64,000 nucleotides of DNA from Candidatus Deferrimicrobiaceae bacterium (GCA_963792415.1 CAWBVY010000010.1:32001-96000); one strand, 5' to 3'; shown: positions 37,070-47,215, counted from the first letter of the stretch. Notes: generated by a model from the letters alone, not told the origin. Numbers and translations are program-made.

Positions 37070-37614
37070 ATGGAATCTTACATCCCACGTCGTCGCCGCT
37101 TTCGGCGGAAGAGCTGACGGCGTACATCGGGCCCAGGGCGGAGCGGTACCGCCGCCGGTTCGAGCGGTTCACCCGGACGGGCGCGACCCGGTTCGAGTTC
37201 TCCTGGAACAACCCGGCCGCCTTCCTGGGGCTGTGGTGGTACCTCTACCGGAAGATGTACGCGTGGGCGCTGGTCGACTTCGTCCTGAGCGTCCTGCTCG
37301 GCTGGACCCTCTTCGTCCCGATCCTGTGGGGCGTCGCCCGCGCGGTCACGGGAGACTACCTCTACTTCCGGCAGGCCGACCGCAGGATCCGGGAGGCCCG
37401 CCCGATCTCCTCCGCCGTCGGCGCGCCCGCCGCGAACGCACTGCACCTCGCCCGGCTCGCCGCCGAGGGAGGCGTCAACGCCTGGGTCACGTGGGTCGCC
37501 ATCGCGGGGACCCTCCTTTTTCTCGCCGTCCTCCTCTTCGCCTTCGGGTGGATCTGGAACGCGATCCCGCTGCTCCAGGAACTGTTGCCGGCCCCCCCGG
37601 GCCGCTGGATGTAA
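37070..37614 (+). CDS. DUF2628 membrane protein; frameshift near 37085
   Basis: SWN..AAFLG..WYLYRKMY motif; ATG 37070 is out of frame by one base at a C run. Confidence 0.7.
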
Positions 37615-37628
37615 CGCCGGATGCAACG

Positions 37629-37656
37629 AAAAGGGCCCCGTCGCCGGGGCCCTTTT
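37629..37656. terminator. Bidirectional intrinsic terminator
   Basis: AAAAGGGCCCCG-TCGC-CGGGGCCCTTTT between convergent genes. Confidence 0.88.
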
Positions 37657-37684
37657 GCGCGAATCGCTTCTTCGAGCGGATCGT

Positions 37685-39097
37685 TCAGCAGTCGAAGTAC
37701 AGGAAGAACTCGTGCGGGTGCGGCCGCAGCTTCACGGGGTTGACCTCCGCCTCGATCTTGTACTCGATCCACTTCTCGATCACGTCGATCGTGAACACGT
37801 CGCCCTTCAGCAGGAACTCGTGGTCCTCCTCCAGCGCCTTGAGCGACTCCTCGAGGGAGCCCGGCGTGGTCGGGACGCTCGCCAGCTCCTCGGGCGACAG
37901 GGCGTAGATGTCCTTGTCGAGCGGCTGCCCGGGGTCGATCTTGTTCTGGACGCCGTCCAGCCCCGCCATCAGCTGCGCGGCGAACGAGAGGTAGCCGTTG
38001 CAGGAAGGGTCGGGCGTGCGGAACTCGAGACGCTTCGTCTTCGGGGAGGCGGAGTACATCGGGATCCGGACCGATGCGGAGCGGTTCCGGCTCGAGTACG
38101 CGAGGTTCACGGGGGCCTCGAAGCCCGGCACCAGGCGCTTGTAGGAGTTCATCGTCGGGTTGCTGAACGCGCAGATCGCCCTGGCGTGCTTCAGGATCCC
38201 GCCGATGTACCACAGCGCCATCTTCGACATCCCGCCGTACTCCTCGCCGGCGAAGAGCGGCTTGCCGCCCTTCCAGAGGGACTGGTGCGTGTGCATCCCG
38301 GAGCCGTTGTCGCCGTAGAGCGGCTTCGGCATGAAGGTGACGGTCTTGCCGGCCTTCCGCGCGACGTTCTTGCAGATGTACTTGTACCACTGCAGCGCGT
38401 CGGCGACCTTCACCAGCGTGTCGAACCGGAGGTCGATCTCGGCCTGTCCGGCGGTGGCCACCTCGTGGTGCTGCGCCTCGACCTTCAGCCCCACCTGCTC
38501 CATGACGCGGACCATCTCGTCGCGCAGGTCGTGCTGCGAGTCGGACGGCGGGACGGGGAAGTACCCTTCCTTGTGGCGCGGCTTGTACCCGAGGTTCGGC
38601 TTCTCCTCCCGCCCGGTGTTCCAGGTCCCCTCGTCGGAGTCGATGTAGAAGAAGCCGCAGTTGGAGCCGCCGCCGTAGCGGATGTCGTCGAAGATGAAGA
38701 ACTCGGCCTCCGGCCCGAAGAACGCCGTGTCGGCGATGCCGGTCGACCTCAGGTACGCCTCGGCCTTCCGCGCGATGTTGCGGGGGTCGCGGGAGTAGTT
38801 CTCCTTGGTGATCGGGTCGACGATGTTGCAGATCAGGGAAAGCGTCGGCCGGGTGATGAACGGATCGACGACCGCCGTCTCCGGGTCCGGGATCACCAGC
38901 ATGTCGGACGCGTGGATCGGCTGCCAGCCGCGGATGGACGACCCGTCGAAGCCGAACCCTTCCTCGAAGCTGTCCTCCTTGAGCTCATAGATCGGCACCG
39001 CGAAGTGCTGCCAGGTGCCGATGAAATCCATGAACTTCAGGTCAACCATCTCGATGTTCTTGCTCTTGGCGAAACCGAGTGCTTCCTTCGCGTTCAT
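37685..39097 (-). CDS. glnA: Glutamine synthetase type I
   Basis: [33 protein letters not shown], adenylylation-site Tyr in DIY. Confidence 0.99.
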   Translation of the reverse strand: MNAKEALGFAKSKNIEMVDLKFMDFIGTWQHFAVPIYELKEDSFEEGFGFDGSSIRGWQPIHASDMLVIPDPETAVVDPFITRPTLSLICNIVDPITKENYSRDPRNIARKAEAYLRSTGIADTAFFGPEAEFFIFDDIRYGGGSNCGFFYIDSDEGTWNTGREEKPNLGYKPRHKEGYFPVPPSDSQHDLRDEMVRVMEQVGLKVEAQHHEVATAGQAEIDLRFDTLVKVADALQWYKYICKNVARKAGKTVTFMPKPLYGDNGSGMHTHQSLWKGGKPLFAGEEYGGMSKMALWYIGGILKHARAICAFSNPTMNSYKRLVPGFEAPVNLAYSSRNRSASVRIPMYSASPKTKRLEFRTPDPSCNGYLSFAAQLMAGLDGVQNKIDPGQPLDKDIYALSPEELASVPTTPGSLEESLKALEEDHEFLLKGDVFTIDVIEKWIEYKIEAEVNPVKLRPHPHEFFLYFDC

Positions 39098-39151
39098 TGC
39101 GATCCCTCCTGGGGCGAAATGTTGGATTGGGGACGCGGCCGGCGATCCGCC

Positions 39152-39514
<363 letters not shown>

Positions 39515-39518
39515 TCAT

Positions 39519-39534
39519 AGCAACGGCCGTACCA
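39519..39534 (-). promoter_or_regulatory. sigma54 -24/-12 promoter of glnB-glnA
   Basis: TGGTAC-GGCCG-TTGCT on the minus strand. Confidence 0.8.
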
Positions 39535-39653
39535 ATCCCGCATCCGGAACGTCCCGGCGACGGAGGGAATCGATTTCCCCTGGGAATTCAACCTTCCATG
39601 GGGGCGGGGGAACGCGGGGGGAGCGGGGTGCGGCGGAGGCCCGGGCCGGGGTT

Positions 39654-39692
39654 TGCACAATCCGTGGGCAACCGGTGCCCGCGGGGTGTGCA
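39654..39692. promoter_or_regulatory. Tandem NtrC-like enhancer sites
   Basis: TGCAC-N7-GGGCA and TGCCC-N7-GTGCA, 22 bp apart, 120-160 bp upstream of the -24 box. Confidence 0.65.
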
Positions 39693-39695
39693 GGG

Positions 39696-40316
39696 TCACT
39701 TCCCGGGCGGAGTCCCGAACCTGCCCTCCTGGCCGGAGAGGAGGCGGTGGATGTTCTCCCGGTGGGTGTAGATCACGAGGAACGCCATCAGGAGGGCGAG
39801 GGTGACGTAATGCCGGGACCTCCCGAGGAACGCCATGGCGACGGGAAGGCCCGCGGCGGCGCACAGCGATGAGAGCGACACGTAGCGCGTGAAGTACAGC
39901 ACGACGGCGAAGAGGACCACGATGACGAAAGCGGTCTCCGGCGAAAGGAACAGGACGACGCCCAGGGCGGTCGCGATCCCCTTCCCCCCCCGGAAGCGGA
40001 GGTAGACCGGGAAGATGTGCCCCAGGAACACCGCCGCGCCGACCAGGGCGAGCCAGTGGGGGGCGGGCGGATCCAGGAGCTGCCGGGTGAGCGCGAGGAC
40101 GAGGATCCCCTTCCCGGCGTCAAGCGCGAGGGTGAGGAGCCCCGCGCCCCTGCCGAGCGTGCGCGCGACGTTCGTCGCGCCGATGTTCCCGGAACCGGTT
40201 TTCCGCAGATCCACGTCGCGGTCGAACGCCTTCGCGACGAGGATGCCGAACGGGATGGAGCCGAGCAGGTAGCCGAAGAGGACGAGGAGGGTGCCGCGGA
40301 GCCATGAAGCGTCCAT
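39696..40316 (-). CDS. plsY: Glycerol-3-phosphate acyltransferase PlsY
   Basis: YLLGSIPFG, GSGNIGATN, GH.FP...GGKG.AT, HRENI.RL. Confidence 0.96.
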   Translation of the reverse strand: MDASWLRGTLLVLFGYLLGSIPFGILVAKAFDRDVDLRKTGSGNIGATNVARTLGRGAGLLTLALDAGKGILVLALTRQLLDPPAPHWLALVGAAVFLGHIFPVYLRFRGGKGIATALGVVLFLSPETAFVIVVLFAVVLYFTRYVSLSSLCAAAGLPVAMAFLGRSRHYVTLALLMAFLVIYTHRENIHRLLSGQEGRFGTPPGK

Positions 40317-40353
40317 GGCGGGGATTACGTGTTGCGTTTCATGAAACGCAGCA

Positions 40354-41712
40354 CTAAGTTTCTTCGGTCTCTTCCGTGCGGGGACGGGCGACGCCGCTCT
40401 CGTACGCGGCGCGCTCCACCGCCTCAGCCACCCTGGCGTGCATCTCGAGGTCGAGGATCGAGGGGACGAGCTCCCCGTCGGATGCGGCCGCGCCGATGGC
40501 CTTGGCGGCGGCGATCTTCATCCTGTAGTTGATCTTGCGGGCCCGCGCGTTGAGCGCCCCCCGGAACACCCCGGGGAAGGCCAGCGCGTTGTTGACCCCC
40601 TTGCCGTCCGCCGCGAACGAAGCCCCCGCCGCCCGGGCGTCCTCGGAGGAGATCTCGGGATTCGGGTTCGACAGCGGGAGGATCACCTGCCCCTTGCGGA
40701 CCATCTCCTTCTTGATGAGCCCCGGCACGCCGGTCGTGGCGATGACGATGTCGGACTGCGCCATGACCTCGGCGAGCGAGACGGGCTTGCCGCCGATCTT
40801 CGCGAAGATTCCCTGCGCGATGGGATTGATGTCGCACCCGAGCATCTTGCGGACGCCGTAGGCCATCAGGAGCTTGGAGATGCCGATCCCGGCGGCCCCC
40901 AGCCCCACCATCCCGACCGTGTCGTCCTTGACCTGCATCCCGACGTACTTGCTGGCGTTCAGCAGCGCCGCCAGGACGACGACGGAGGTCCCGTGCTGGT
41001 CGTCGTGGAGGACCGGGATGTCCAGCATCGCGGCCAGGCGGTCCTCGATCTCGAAGCATTCGGGGGACTTGAAATCCTCGAGCTTGATCGCGCCGAAGGT
41101 GGGCGCGATCGCCGCCACCGTGCGGATGATCTCCTCGGTGTCCTTCGACTGGATGAGGATCGGGACGCCGTTGATCCCCACCAGCTCGGAGAACAGGGCG
41201 GCCTTCCCCTCCATCACCGGCATGCCGGCCACCGCGCCGATGTCCCCCAGCCCGAGGATGGCCGTCCCGTTGGTGACGATCGCCACCGTGTTGAAGATGG
41301 CGGTGTAGTCGTGCACCAGCTCCGGCTTCCCGTGGATGAGCATGCAGACCTTGGCGACGCCGGGGGTGTAGACCTTCCGGACGATGGAGATGCTGGTGAT
41401 CGGGTGCCTGGACTTGACGACGATCTTGCCGCCGCGGTGCAGTTCGAGCACCGGGTCGATGATGTCGGAGACGATGGCGCCTTCGACCGTCCCGACCTCG
41501 TCGAGGACCGCCTGGAGCATCGCCTCGTTGTCGACGATGATCGTGACGTCGCGGGTGACGTATTCGATGCCGTACCCGACCAGCCTGATGTCCCCGAGGG
41601 ACCCGCCCGCCTTGCCGACGGCGGTGGCCACCTTGCCGAAGTACCCCGGCTTGTCGAGGATCATGATGCGGACGGTCTTTACGAGCTTGTCGATTCCTCT
41701 TTCGATCTGCAT
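40354..41712 (-). CDS. NAD(P)-dependent malic enzyme with N-terminal ACT domain
   Basis: YTPGVA, GLGDIG, VMEGKA, LED, HDDQHGT, LSNP, NNALAFPG. Confidence 0.92.
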   Translation of the reverse strand: MQIERGIDKLVKTVRIMILDKPGYFGKVATAVGKAGGSLGDIRLVGYGIEYVTRDVTIIVDNEAMLQAVLDEVGTVEGAIVSDIIDPVLELHRGGKIVVKSRHPITSISIVRKVYTPGVAKVCMLIHGKPELVHDYTAIFNTVAIVTNGTAILGLGDIGAVAGMPVMEGKAALFSELVGINGVPILIQSKDTEEIIRTVAAIAPTFGAIKLEDFKSPECFEIEDRLAAMLDIPVLHDDQHGTSVVVLAALLNASKYVGMQVKDDTVGMVGLGAAGIGISKLLMAYGVRKMLGCDINPIAQGIFAKIGGKPVSLAEVMAQSDIVIATTGVPGLIKKEMVRKGQVILPLSNPNPEISSEDARAAGASFAADGKGVNNALAFPGVFRGALNARARKINYRMKIAAAKAIGAAASDGELVPSILDLEMHARVAEAVERAAYESGVARPRTEETEET

Positions 41713-41718
41713 GGCGGA

Positions 41719-41770
41719 ATTATAGTATCGGCCATTCTTTTTTGTCAACGAGCGCGCCGGGAGGTACAAT
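41719..41770. promoter_or_regulatory. Back-to-back sigma70 promoters with overlapping -35 boxes
   Basis: Minus: TTGACA-N18-TATAAT, ATG 6 nt later. Plus: TTGTCA-N17-TACAAT, ATG 8 nt later. Confidence 0.7.
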
Positions 41771-41778
41771 CACCTCCC

Positions 41779-41994
41779 ATGATCGTCGATTGCTGCGCCT
41801 GCTCCGCCCAGAATTTCGTCTCCCGGGAGCGCCTTGCCGCGCGGAACGCTCCCCCGCTGTGCTGGAAGTGCGGCCGCGCGCTGCCGATCGACGCCGGGCC
41901 GGGCGCGACTCCCGGTGAAACCAGCCGGAGCTACCCGGAATCCAAGGTTGGCATGGATGGGGAAAAAAAGGACGGGGGAACGAACCATGGGTAA
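41779..41994 (+). CDS. Small Cys4 zinc-binding protein (TrxC N-terminal-like)
   Basis: C..C.AQN...P.CWKCG..L pattern; overlaps the ino1 start. Confidence 0.6.
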   Translation: MIVDCCACSAQNFVSRERLAARNAPPLCWKCGRALPIDAGPGATPGETSRSYPESKVGMDGEKKDGGTNHG

Positions 41995-43141
41995 GATCCG
42001 GGTCGCGGTGGCCGGCGTGGGAAACTGCGCCAGCGCGCTGGTGCAGGGGATCGAGTTCTACCGGGAAACACCGTCCCCCACCGACGGCGGGATGGTCCCC
42101 GGGCTGATGAACCGCGACATCGGCGGCTACCTCCCGGGCGACATCGAGGTCGTGGCCGCGTTCGACATCGACCGGCGGAAGGTCGGCCGGCCCGTCACCG
42201 AGGCGATCTTCGCGCCCCCCAACTGCACGAAGCGGTTCGTCGAGCGGATGCCCGCCGGCGGGCCCGTCGTCCGGATGGGACCCGTCCTGGACGGAGTGGC
42301 CCCCCACATGGCCGATTACCCCGACGACCGGACGTTCCTTCCCTCCTCCGACCCGCCGTGCGACGTGGAGAGGGTCCTGCGGGATTCCGGCGCGGAGATC
42401 CTGGTCAACTACCTGCCCGTCGGCTCGGAGGCGGCGTGCCGTTTCTACGCCGAGGCGTGCCTCCTCACGGGGGTGAGCCTCGTGAACTGCGTCCCGGTGT
42501 TCATCGCGTCCGATCCGGAGTGGGCGGACCGCTTCCGGAAGGCGGGGATCCCGCTGGTGGGAGACGACATAAAGTCGCAGCTGGGGGCGACCATCGTCCA
42601 CCGGGCGCTGGGCCGCCTCTTCTCGGACCGGGGAATCCGCCTCCGGCGGACGTACCAGCTGAACACCGGCGGGAACACGGACTTCCTGAACATGCTGAAC
42701 CGAAGCCGCCTCGAGTCGAAGCGGATCTCCAAGACCGAGGCCGTGACCAGCGCCCTCTCGCACGCGGTTTCCCCCGACGACGTCCACATCGGGCCGTCCG
42801 ACTACGTCCCGTGGCAGAGGGACAACAAGCTCTGCTTCCTGCGGATCGAGGGGGAGGGGTTCGGGGGGCTGCCGATCGAGCTGGAACTGCGTCTCTCCGT
42901 CACCGACTCGCCGAACAGCGCGGGCGTCGGGATCGACGCGATCCGGTTCTGCCGCCTCGGGCGGGAGATGGGGCTTTCGGGCCCCCTGCTCGCCCCGTCG
43001 GCCTATTTCATGAAGCATCCGCCGGAGCAGCACACCGACGACGACGCGCGGCGGGAGCTCGAGGAGATCATCGCGGACTACCAGACGTGGAGACGGACGC
43101 AAGAAGCCCCTCCCAGGACGCGGTGCACTTCTCCCACGTGA
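41987..43141 (+). CDS. ino1: Myo-inositol-1-phosphate synthase
   Basis: GVGNCASALVQG, NYLPVGS, GDDIKSQ.GAT, YQLN.GGNTDF, SKRISKT, DSPNSAG. Confidence 0.95.
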   Translation: MGKIRVAVAGVGNCASALVQGIEFYRETPSPTDGGMVPGLMNRDIGGYLPGDIEVVAAFDIDRRKVGRPVTEAIFAPPNCTKRFVERMPAGGPVVRMGPVLDGVAPHMADYPDDRTFLPSSDPPCDVERVLRDSGAEILVNYLPVGSEAACRFYAEACLLTGVSLVNCVPVFIASDPEWADRFRKAGIPLVGDDIKSQLGATIVHRALGRLFSDRGIRLRRTYQLNTGGNTDFLNMLNRSRLESKRISKTEAVTSALSHAVSPDDVHIGPSDYVPWQRDNKLCFLRIEGEGFGGLPIELELRLSVTDSPNSAGVGIDAIRFCRLGREMGLSGPLLAPSAYFMKHPPEQHTDDDARRELEEIIADYQTWRRTQEAPPRTRCTSPT

Positions 43142-44246
43142 ACGGCGCCGCGACGGCGGCCCCCTCCAGCGACAGCCGGGAGCGCAATTCCGCCGAGGAA
43201 GCAAGGTCGAGGAGAGCACGGGATAACCGCTCCGGGTCCTCCCGCGGGTAGACCAGCCCCCCGCCCTGCGAACGGATCCGGTCCCCCCAGTACGTCCCCT
43301 CCGGCACGACGACCGGCACGCCCGACGAGAGCGCCTCCAGCGGCACGAGCCCGAACGATTCGTAGAGGGAAGGACAGACGACGACGTCCGCCGCGGCGTA
43401 CAGCATCGGCATGCCGCCGTGCGGAAGCGAGCCGAGGAAGAAGACCTCCCCGCCGGGGGCGCCTTCCGGCCCTTCCTGCCCCGCGACGAGGAAGATCGCC
43501 GGCCCCTTCCACCGATCCCGCATCGCGCGGAACGCTGCGACGGCCACGGCGGCGTTTTTCCCGGCGTCCCCCCGGGCGGCAAGCAGGAAGATCATCCCGT
43601 TCCGGGGAAGTCCGAGATACGCCCGCGCGACCTCCCGGGGGGGAAGGTGCCGGAACCGGTCGTCCACCCCCGGCGGGATGACGACCCCCTTCTCCGACAA
43701 TTCCGGGAAGATCCGACGGTTCTCCGCGAGGTCGTACTCCGAGAAACAGACGACGCGGGACGCCTCCCGCGCCAGCTCCGCCTCCTTCCCCTTGCGGATG
43801 GAGGAGAGCGGCTCCTGTTCCGGCCCGGGCGCCGGGACCTTCCGGGCCTCCACCGTGTGATAGCAGAGGATCATCGGGGCGTCGGAAAGTTTTCGGGCGG
43901 CGACGCCCGACATCCAGTAGTGCGCGGAGACGACGCGCGGCTCGATCCGCTCCCCGCGCATCAGGATGCGGCACCGTTCGACGAAGAGATCGACGGATGC
44001 GAACGCGCTTTCCCGGGACGGAGGCTCCACCCAGCCGCACGGGACGTGAAAGATGCGGACACCGGGGAACGGCACGGAGACCTCGACGGTTTCCCCCGTG
44101 GCGCGGGTGAGGACGTCGGCGGCGATCCCCCGCTTCGACAGCCCGCGGAGCAGCCCGAGGAGGAAGACGTTCATCCCCCCGGCGAGCCCCTCCCCCGGCT
44201 CCTCCACCGGGCATGTGTGGAAGGAAACGAGAAGGTGCCGCGTCAA
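43068..44246 (-). CDS. MshA-like GT4 glycosyltransferase
   Basis: SFHTCP..PG.G.AGGMNV, AHYWMSG, YHT, PGVD, PSLYESFGLV.LEA; TTG start in a TTGA overlap. Confidence 0.85.
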   Translation of the reverse strand: MTRHLLVSFHTCPVEEPGEGLAGGMNVFLLGLLRGLSKRGIAADVLTRATGETVEVSVPFPGVRIFHVPCGWVEPPSRESAFASVDLFVERCRILMRGERIEPRVVSAHYWMSGVAARKLSDAPMILCYHTVEARKVPAPGPEQEPLSSIRKGKEAELAREASRVVCFSEYDLAENRRIFPELSEKGVVIPPGVDDRFRHLPPREVARAYLGLPRNGMIFLLAARGDAGKNAAVAVAAFRAMRDRWKGPAIFLVAGQEGPEGAPGGEVFFLGSLPHGGMPMLYAAADVVVCPSLYESFGLVPLEALSSGVPVVVPEGTYWGDRIRSQGGGLVYPREDPERLSRALLDLASSAELRSRLSLEGAAVAAPFTWEKCTASWEGLLASVSTSGSPR

Positions 44247-45232
44247 GCGGAAACCGTCAGGCGATAGACCACCCGGTCCACCCCTCCGAGGTCGTACTTG
44301 TACCGTTCCGTCCCCCGCAGGAAGTCGTACTCCGTGCACCCTTCCTCGATGGCCTGCCCGATGGAGCGCGCGATGAGGACGAGCCCGGGGTTGGCCGCGC
44401 GGAGCTCCGGGTCGTACCCGGAGTTGTAGAGGAGGTACGCGTCGGCGGTCCGGAACTGGAACACGGAGGCGACGTCCACCCCTTGCGCGGAGAGGAACGC
44501 GAGGCGCAGGCGGCCGGAGGCGAGGAATCCCTCCGCGACTTCGCGGAAAAAGGCCGCCATCGACGCGTCCATGAACGACTCCTTCGCGGGGTGGCTCTTC
44601 CGGAGGAGTCCCAGGAAGGAGGGGAGGTCGTTCGCGAGTTCGTCGGGCGTCCGGGTCACCCGGAAGGCGAGCCCCGGAAGGAACTCCGCGGCGCGCCGCA
44701 TCTTCCGCCGCAATTCGTGACGCTCCTTCGCTCCCAGCCGCTCGAGATACTCCTCGAAGGAGCCCGGCAGGGAGACGAAGGGGGCCTTGTCCATCTCCTC
44801 GACGGAACAGGAAAGGCCCGTCTCCCGGCAGATCGACGGGAGGAGCGACAGGGCGGGCGTCCCTTCCACGAGACCGGGGAACCTCAGGGGACCGCCGCCC
44901 AGCGCGGGGAGCCCCCGTTCGAGGAACTCCCGCCAGAAGGCCTCGTCGCGACCTGGCGCGACAAGGGCGTCCAGGTAGTCCGCGACCTGCTCGCCGCCGA
45001 GGAAGATCCATCCCCCCTCCCCGCAGCGGCACAGGAAGAGGATCCCCTCGTCGGACCCCCCGTCGGGTCCCCACCGGACGACCCGGTCGTCGCACCCCTG
45101 GCCGAGGGCGCGATGCCAGGGGAGGAGGAACCGGGGGGAGAGGAACGGGGAGGTGCGCGGTCCCCGACCGTGGAGTTCCTCCCACCCCGCGACCGGGACG
45201 TCCGCAAGGCGGTGGGCGATGACAAGGCTCAC
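44243..45232 (-). CDS. GNAT family protein (CelD/BcsL, Acetyltransf_6-like)
   Basis: PFLSP...W, SFEEYL..L..K.R.ELRRK.R, YNSGYDP, PG..L, YDFLRG.E.YK..LG; GTGA overlap. Confidence 0.85.
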   Translation of the reverse strand: MSLVIAHRLADVPVAGWEELHGRGPRTSPFLSPRFLLPWHRALGQGCDDRVVRWGPDGGSDEGILFLCRCGEGGWIFLGGEQVADYLDALVAPGRDEAFWREFLERGLPALGGGPLRFPGLVEGTPALSLLPSICRETGLSCSVEEMDKAPFVSLPGSFEEYLERLGAKERHELRRKMRRAAEFLPGLAFRVTRTPDELANDLPSFLGLLRKSHPAKESFMDASMAAFFREVAEGFLASGRLRLAFLSAQGVDVASVFQFRTADAYLLYNSGYDPELRAANPGLVLIARSIGQAIEEGCTEYDFLRGTERYKYDLGGVDRVVYRLTVSA

Positions 45233-45846
45233 GGCGACGGAGAGACGATCTTGGCCTCGATCAATGTCCGGGCGGTCTCCTCGGCGACGCTGTTGGCTGT
45301 GGACATCAGCACCTGGCGCACATCGTCGGGCGTCGGGATGAAGTCCGAGAGCGACCCGGTGCTCGTGACCGTCTTCTCCAGCGACCCGGAAATGCCGGGG
45401 CCCTCCGCCGTGACGGTCAGGCTCACGGTCGCCTCCGTGGTCACGGTAAAATTGCCGGTGCGACGGCTGTTCACCTCGAACCGGCGGAGCACCCCGGAGA
45501 TCCGGACCGGAGTCGCCACGAAACCTTTCGGGTCCGCGCCCTGGCGGACCGTCGCCACGCCGCGTTCCCCAAGGACCGCGGCGACCAGATCCGCCATCGC
45601 CTTTCCGGGCTCGCCGCTCCAGGCGATCGTTCGGGCGCGGTCGAAATCCCTCCCCACGACGCCTTCGGCGATCGGCGCGAACGCGAAGTCCGCGATCATT
45701 GCCTGCGGCGCGCCTCCCCTGGGCGTGACCTCGCCCGCGGGACGGGTCAGGTCCCCCGGAACGTGCATCGTACTCCCCGTGGCGCACGCGGAAAGGATCA
45801 GGCACGGACCAACGAACAGCAGGAGCGCTCGGATAGCACGTTTCAT
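45229..45846 (-). CDS. Lipoprotein (YajG-like)
   Basis: Lipobox LSAC; alpha/beta pattern with ISG.LRRFEV. Confidence 0.65.
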   Translation of the reverse strand: MKRAIRALLLFVGPCLILSACATGSTMHVPGDLTRPAGEVTPRGGAPQAMIADFAFAPIAEGVVGRDFDRARTIAWSGEPGKAMADLVAAVLGERGVATVRQGADPKGFVATPVRISGVLRRFEVNSRRTGNFTVTTEATVSLTVTAEGPGISGSLEKTVTSTGSLSDFIPTPDDVRQVLMSTANSVAEETARTLIEAKIVSPSP

Positions 45847-46015
45847 CGTGTCCCCCTTCGAACCGCCCGCGGAATCCCTTTGCCGCCGGGTGGTTTCGAC
45901 CACTCTACGGCATGCCGCGGGTCGATTCAACCCGTACCACGCCCCCTTGCGGGGCCGGAGGAAAGTGGCGTATCGTGATCCGTCGTCATCATCACGTCCG
46001 CCCCGGGGAGGGAAG

Positions 46016-47215
46016 ATGCCCGCATCGCCGGAGATCCGGGAGGCGATCCGTCAAGGGTCGTGGATCCGGAAGATGTTCGAGGACGGAGCCGTCCTCAAGG
46101 CCGAGCGCGGCGAGGAAAACGTGTTCGACTTCACCCTCGGGAACCCGTACGGCGACCCGCCGCCCGCGCTTTCCGCCGAACTGGCGCGCCTGTGCGCCCA
46201 CCCGCCGCACGGACTGCACCGGTACATGCCGAACGCCGGGGTGCCGGAGGCCCGCCGGGCCGCGGCGTTGTCGCTCTCCCGTTCCACGGGCCTGCCGTTC
46301 ACGGAGGATCTGCTGGTGATGACCGTGGGCGCCGCGGGGGCGCTGAACGTCGCGCTGCGCGCCATCCTCTCGCCGGGAGACGAGGTGGTGATCCTCGCCC
46401 CCTACTTCGTGGAGTACCTCTTCTACATCCGCAACGCCTTCGGGACACCGGTCGTGGCGGAGACGGACGCGCGGTTCCAGCTCGACCTGGCGGCCATCGA
46501 GGCGGCCCTCACCCCGAAGACGCGCGCGGTCCTCATCAACACGCCGAACAACCCGACGGGCGCCGTCTACCCCGGGGGAGACCTCGCCGCCCTCGACCGC
46601 GTATTGTCCGCCGCGGAGAGGCGATTCGGGAACCCGATCTACGTGATCTCCGACGAACCGTACCGGAAGATCGTTTTCCGGGGGGTGTCGTCCACCATGG
46701 CGGCCGCGGAGATCCGCAACACCCTGGTGGCCTATTCGCACTCGAAGGACCTGAACCTGCCGGGCGAGCGGATCGGCTACCTCGCCGTCTCCCCGCGCGC
46801 GGCGGACGCGGAGGAGGTGGCGGGGGCGTGCGTCTTCTGCAACCGGGTGCTCGGGTTCGTCAACGCCCCGGCCCTCTTCCAGATCGCGGTGTCGAAGTTC
46901 GAGGACGAGCCCGCCGACATCTCGGTGTACCAGGAGAACCGGGACGTTCTGCTCGACGCCCTGCGGCGGGCCGGGATCGACGTCGTCCCGCCCGGCGGAG
47001 CGTTCTACCTGTTCCCGAAGTCCCCCGTCCCGGACGAGATGGCGTTCGTCGACGCGGCGCGCGACGAGGGGATCCTCGTCGTCCCGGGGTCCGGGTTCGG
47101 GCGAAGCGGACACGTCCGCGTCGCCTACTGCCTCTCCCCGGAAACGGTGAGGCGCTCGGTCGCCGCGTGGGAGCGGCTCGGACGCCGCTATCCCGGCGGG
47201 GGGAAACGGCGATGA
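46016..47215 (+). CDS. PLP-dependent class I/II aminotransferase (aspartate aminotransferase-like)
   Basis: SWIRKMFE, LGNP, NTPNNPTG, SDEPY, SHSKDLNLPGERIG. Confidence 0.92.
   Translation: MPASPEIREAIRQGSWIRKMFEDGAVLKAERGEENVFDFTLGNPYGDPPPALSAELARLCAHPPHGLHRYMPNAGVPEARRAAALSLSRSTGLPFTEDLLVMTVGAAGALNVALRAILSPGDEVVILAPYFVEYLFYIRNAFGTPVVAETDARFQLDLAAIEAALTPKTRAVLINTPNNPTGAVYPGGDLAALDRVLSAAERRFGNPIYVISDEPYRKIVFRGVSSTMAAAEIRNTLVAYSHSKDLNLPGERIGYLAVSPRAADAEEVAGACVFCNRVLGFVNAPALFQIAVSKFEDEPADISVYQENRDVLLDALRRAGIDVVPPGGAFYLFPKSPVPDEMAFVDAARDEGILVVPGSGFGRSGHVRVAYCLSPETVRRSVAAWERLGRRYPGGGKRR

Noticed and set aside
41723-41735. GCCGATAC upstream of malic enzyme as a sigma28 -10 box
   Set aside because: No TAAA -35 at the right spacing, and a consensus sigma70 promoter explains the region
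43068-45232. Complete mycothiol pathway
   Set aside because: No MshB or MshC in the window and the GNAT is not MshD-like; reported only as MshA-like
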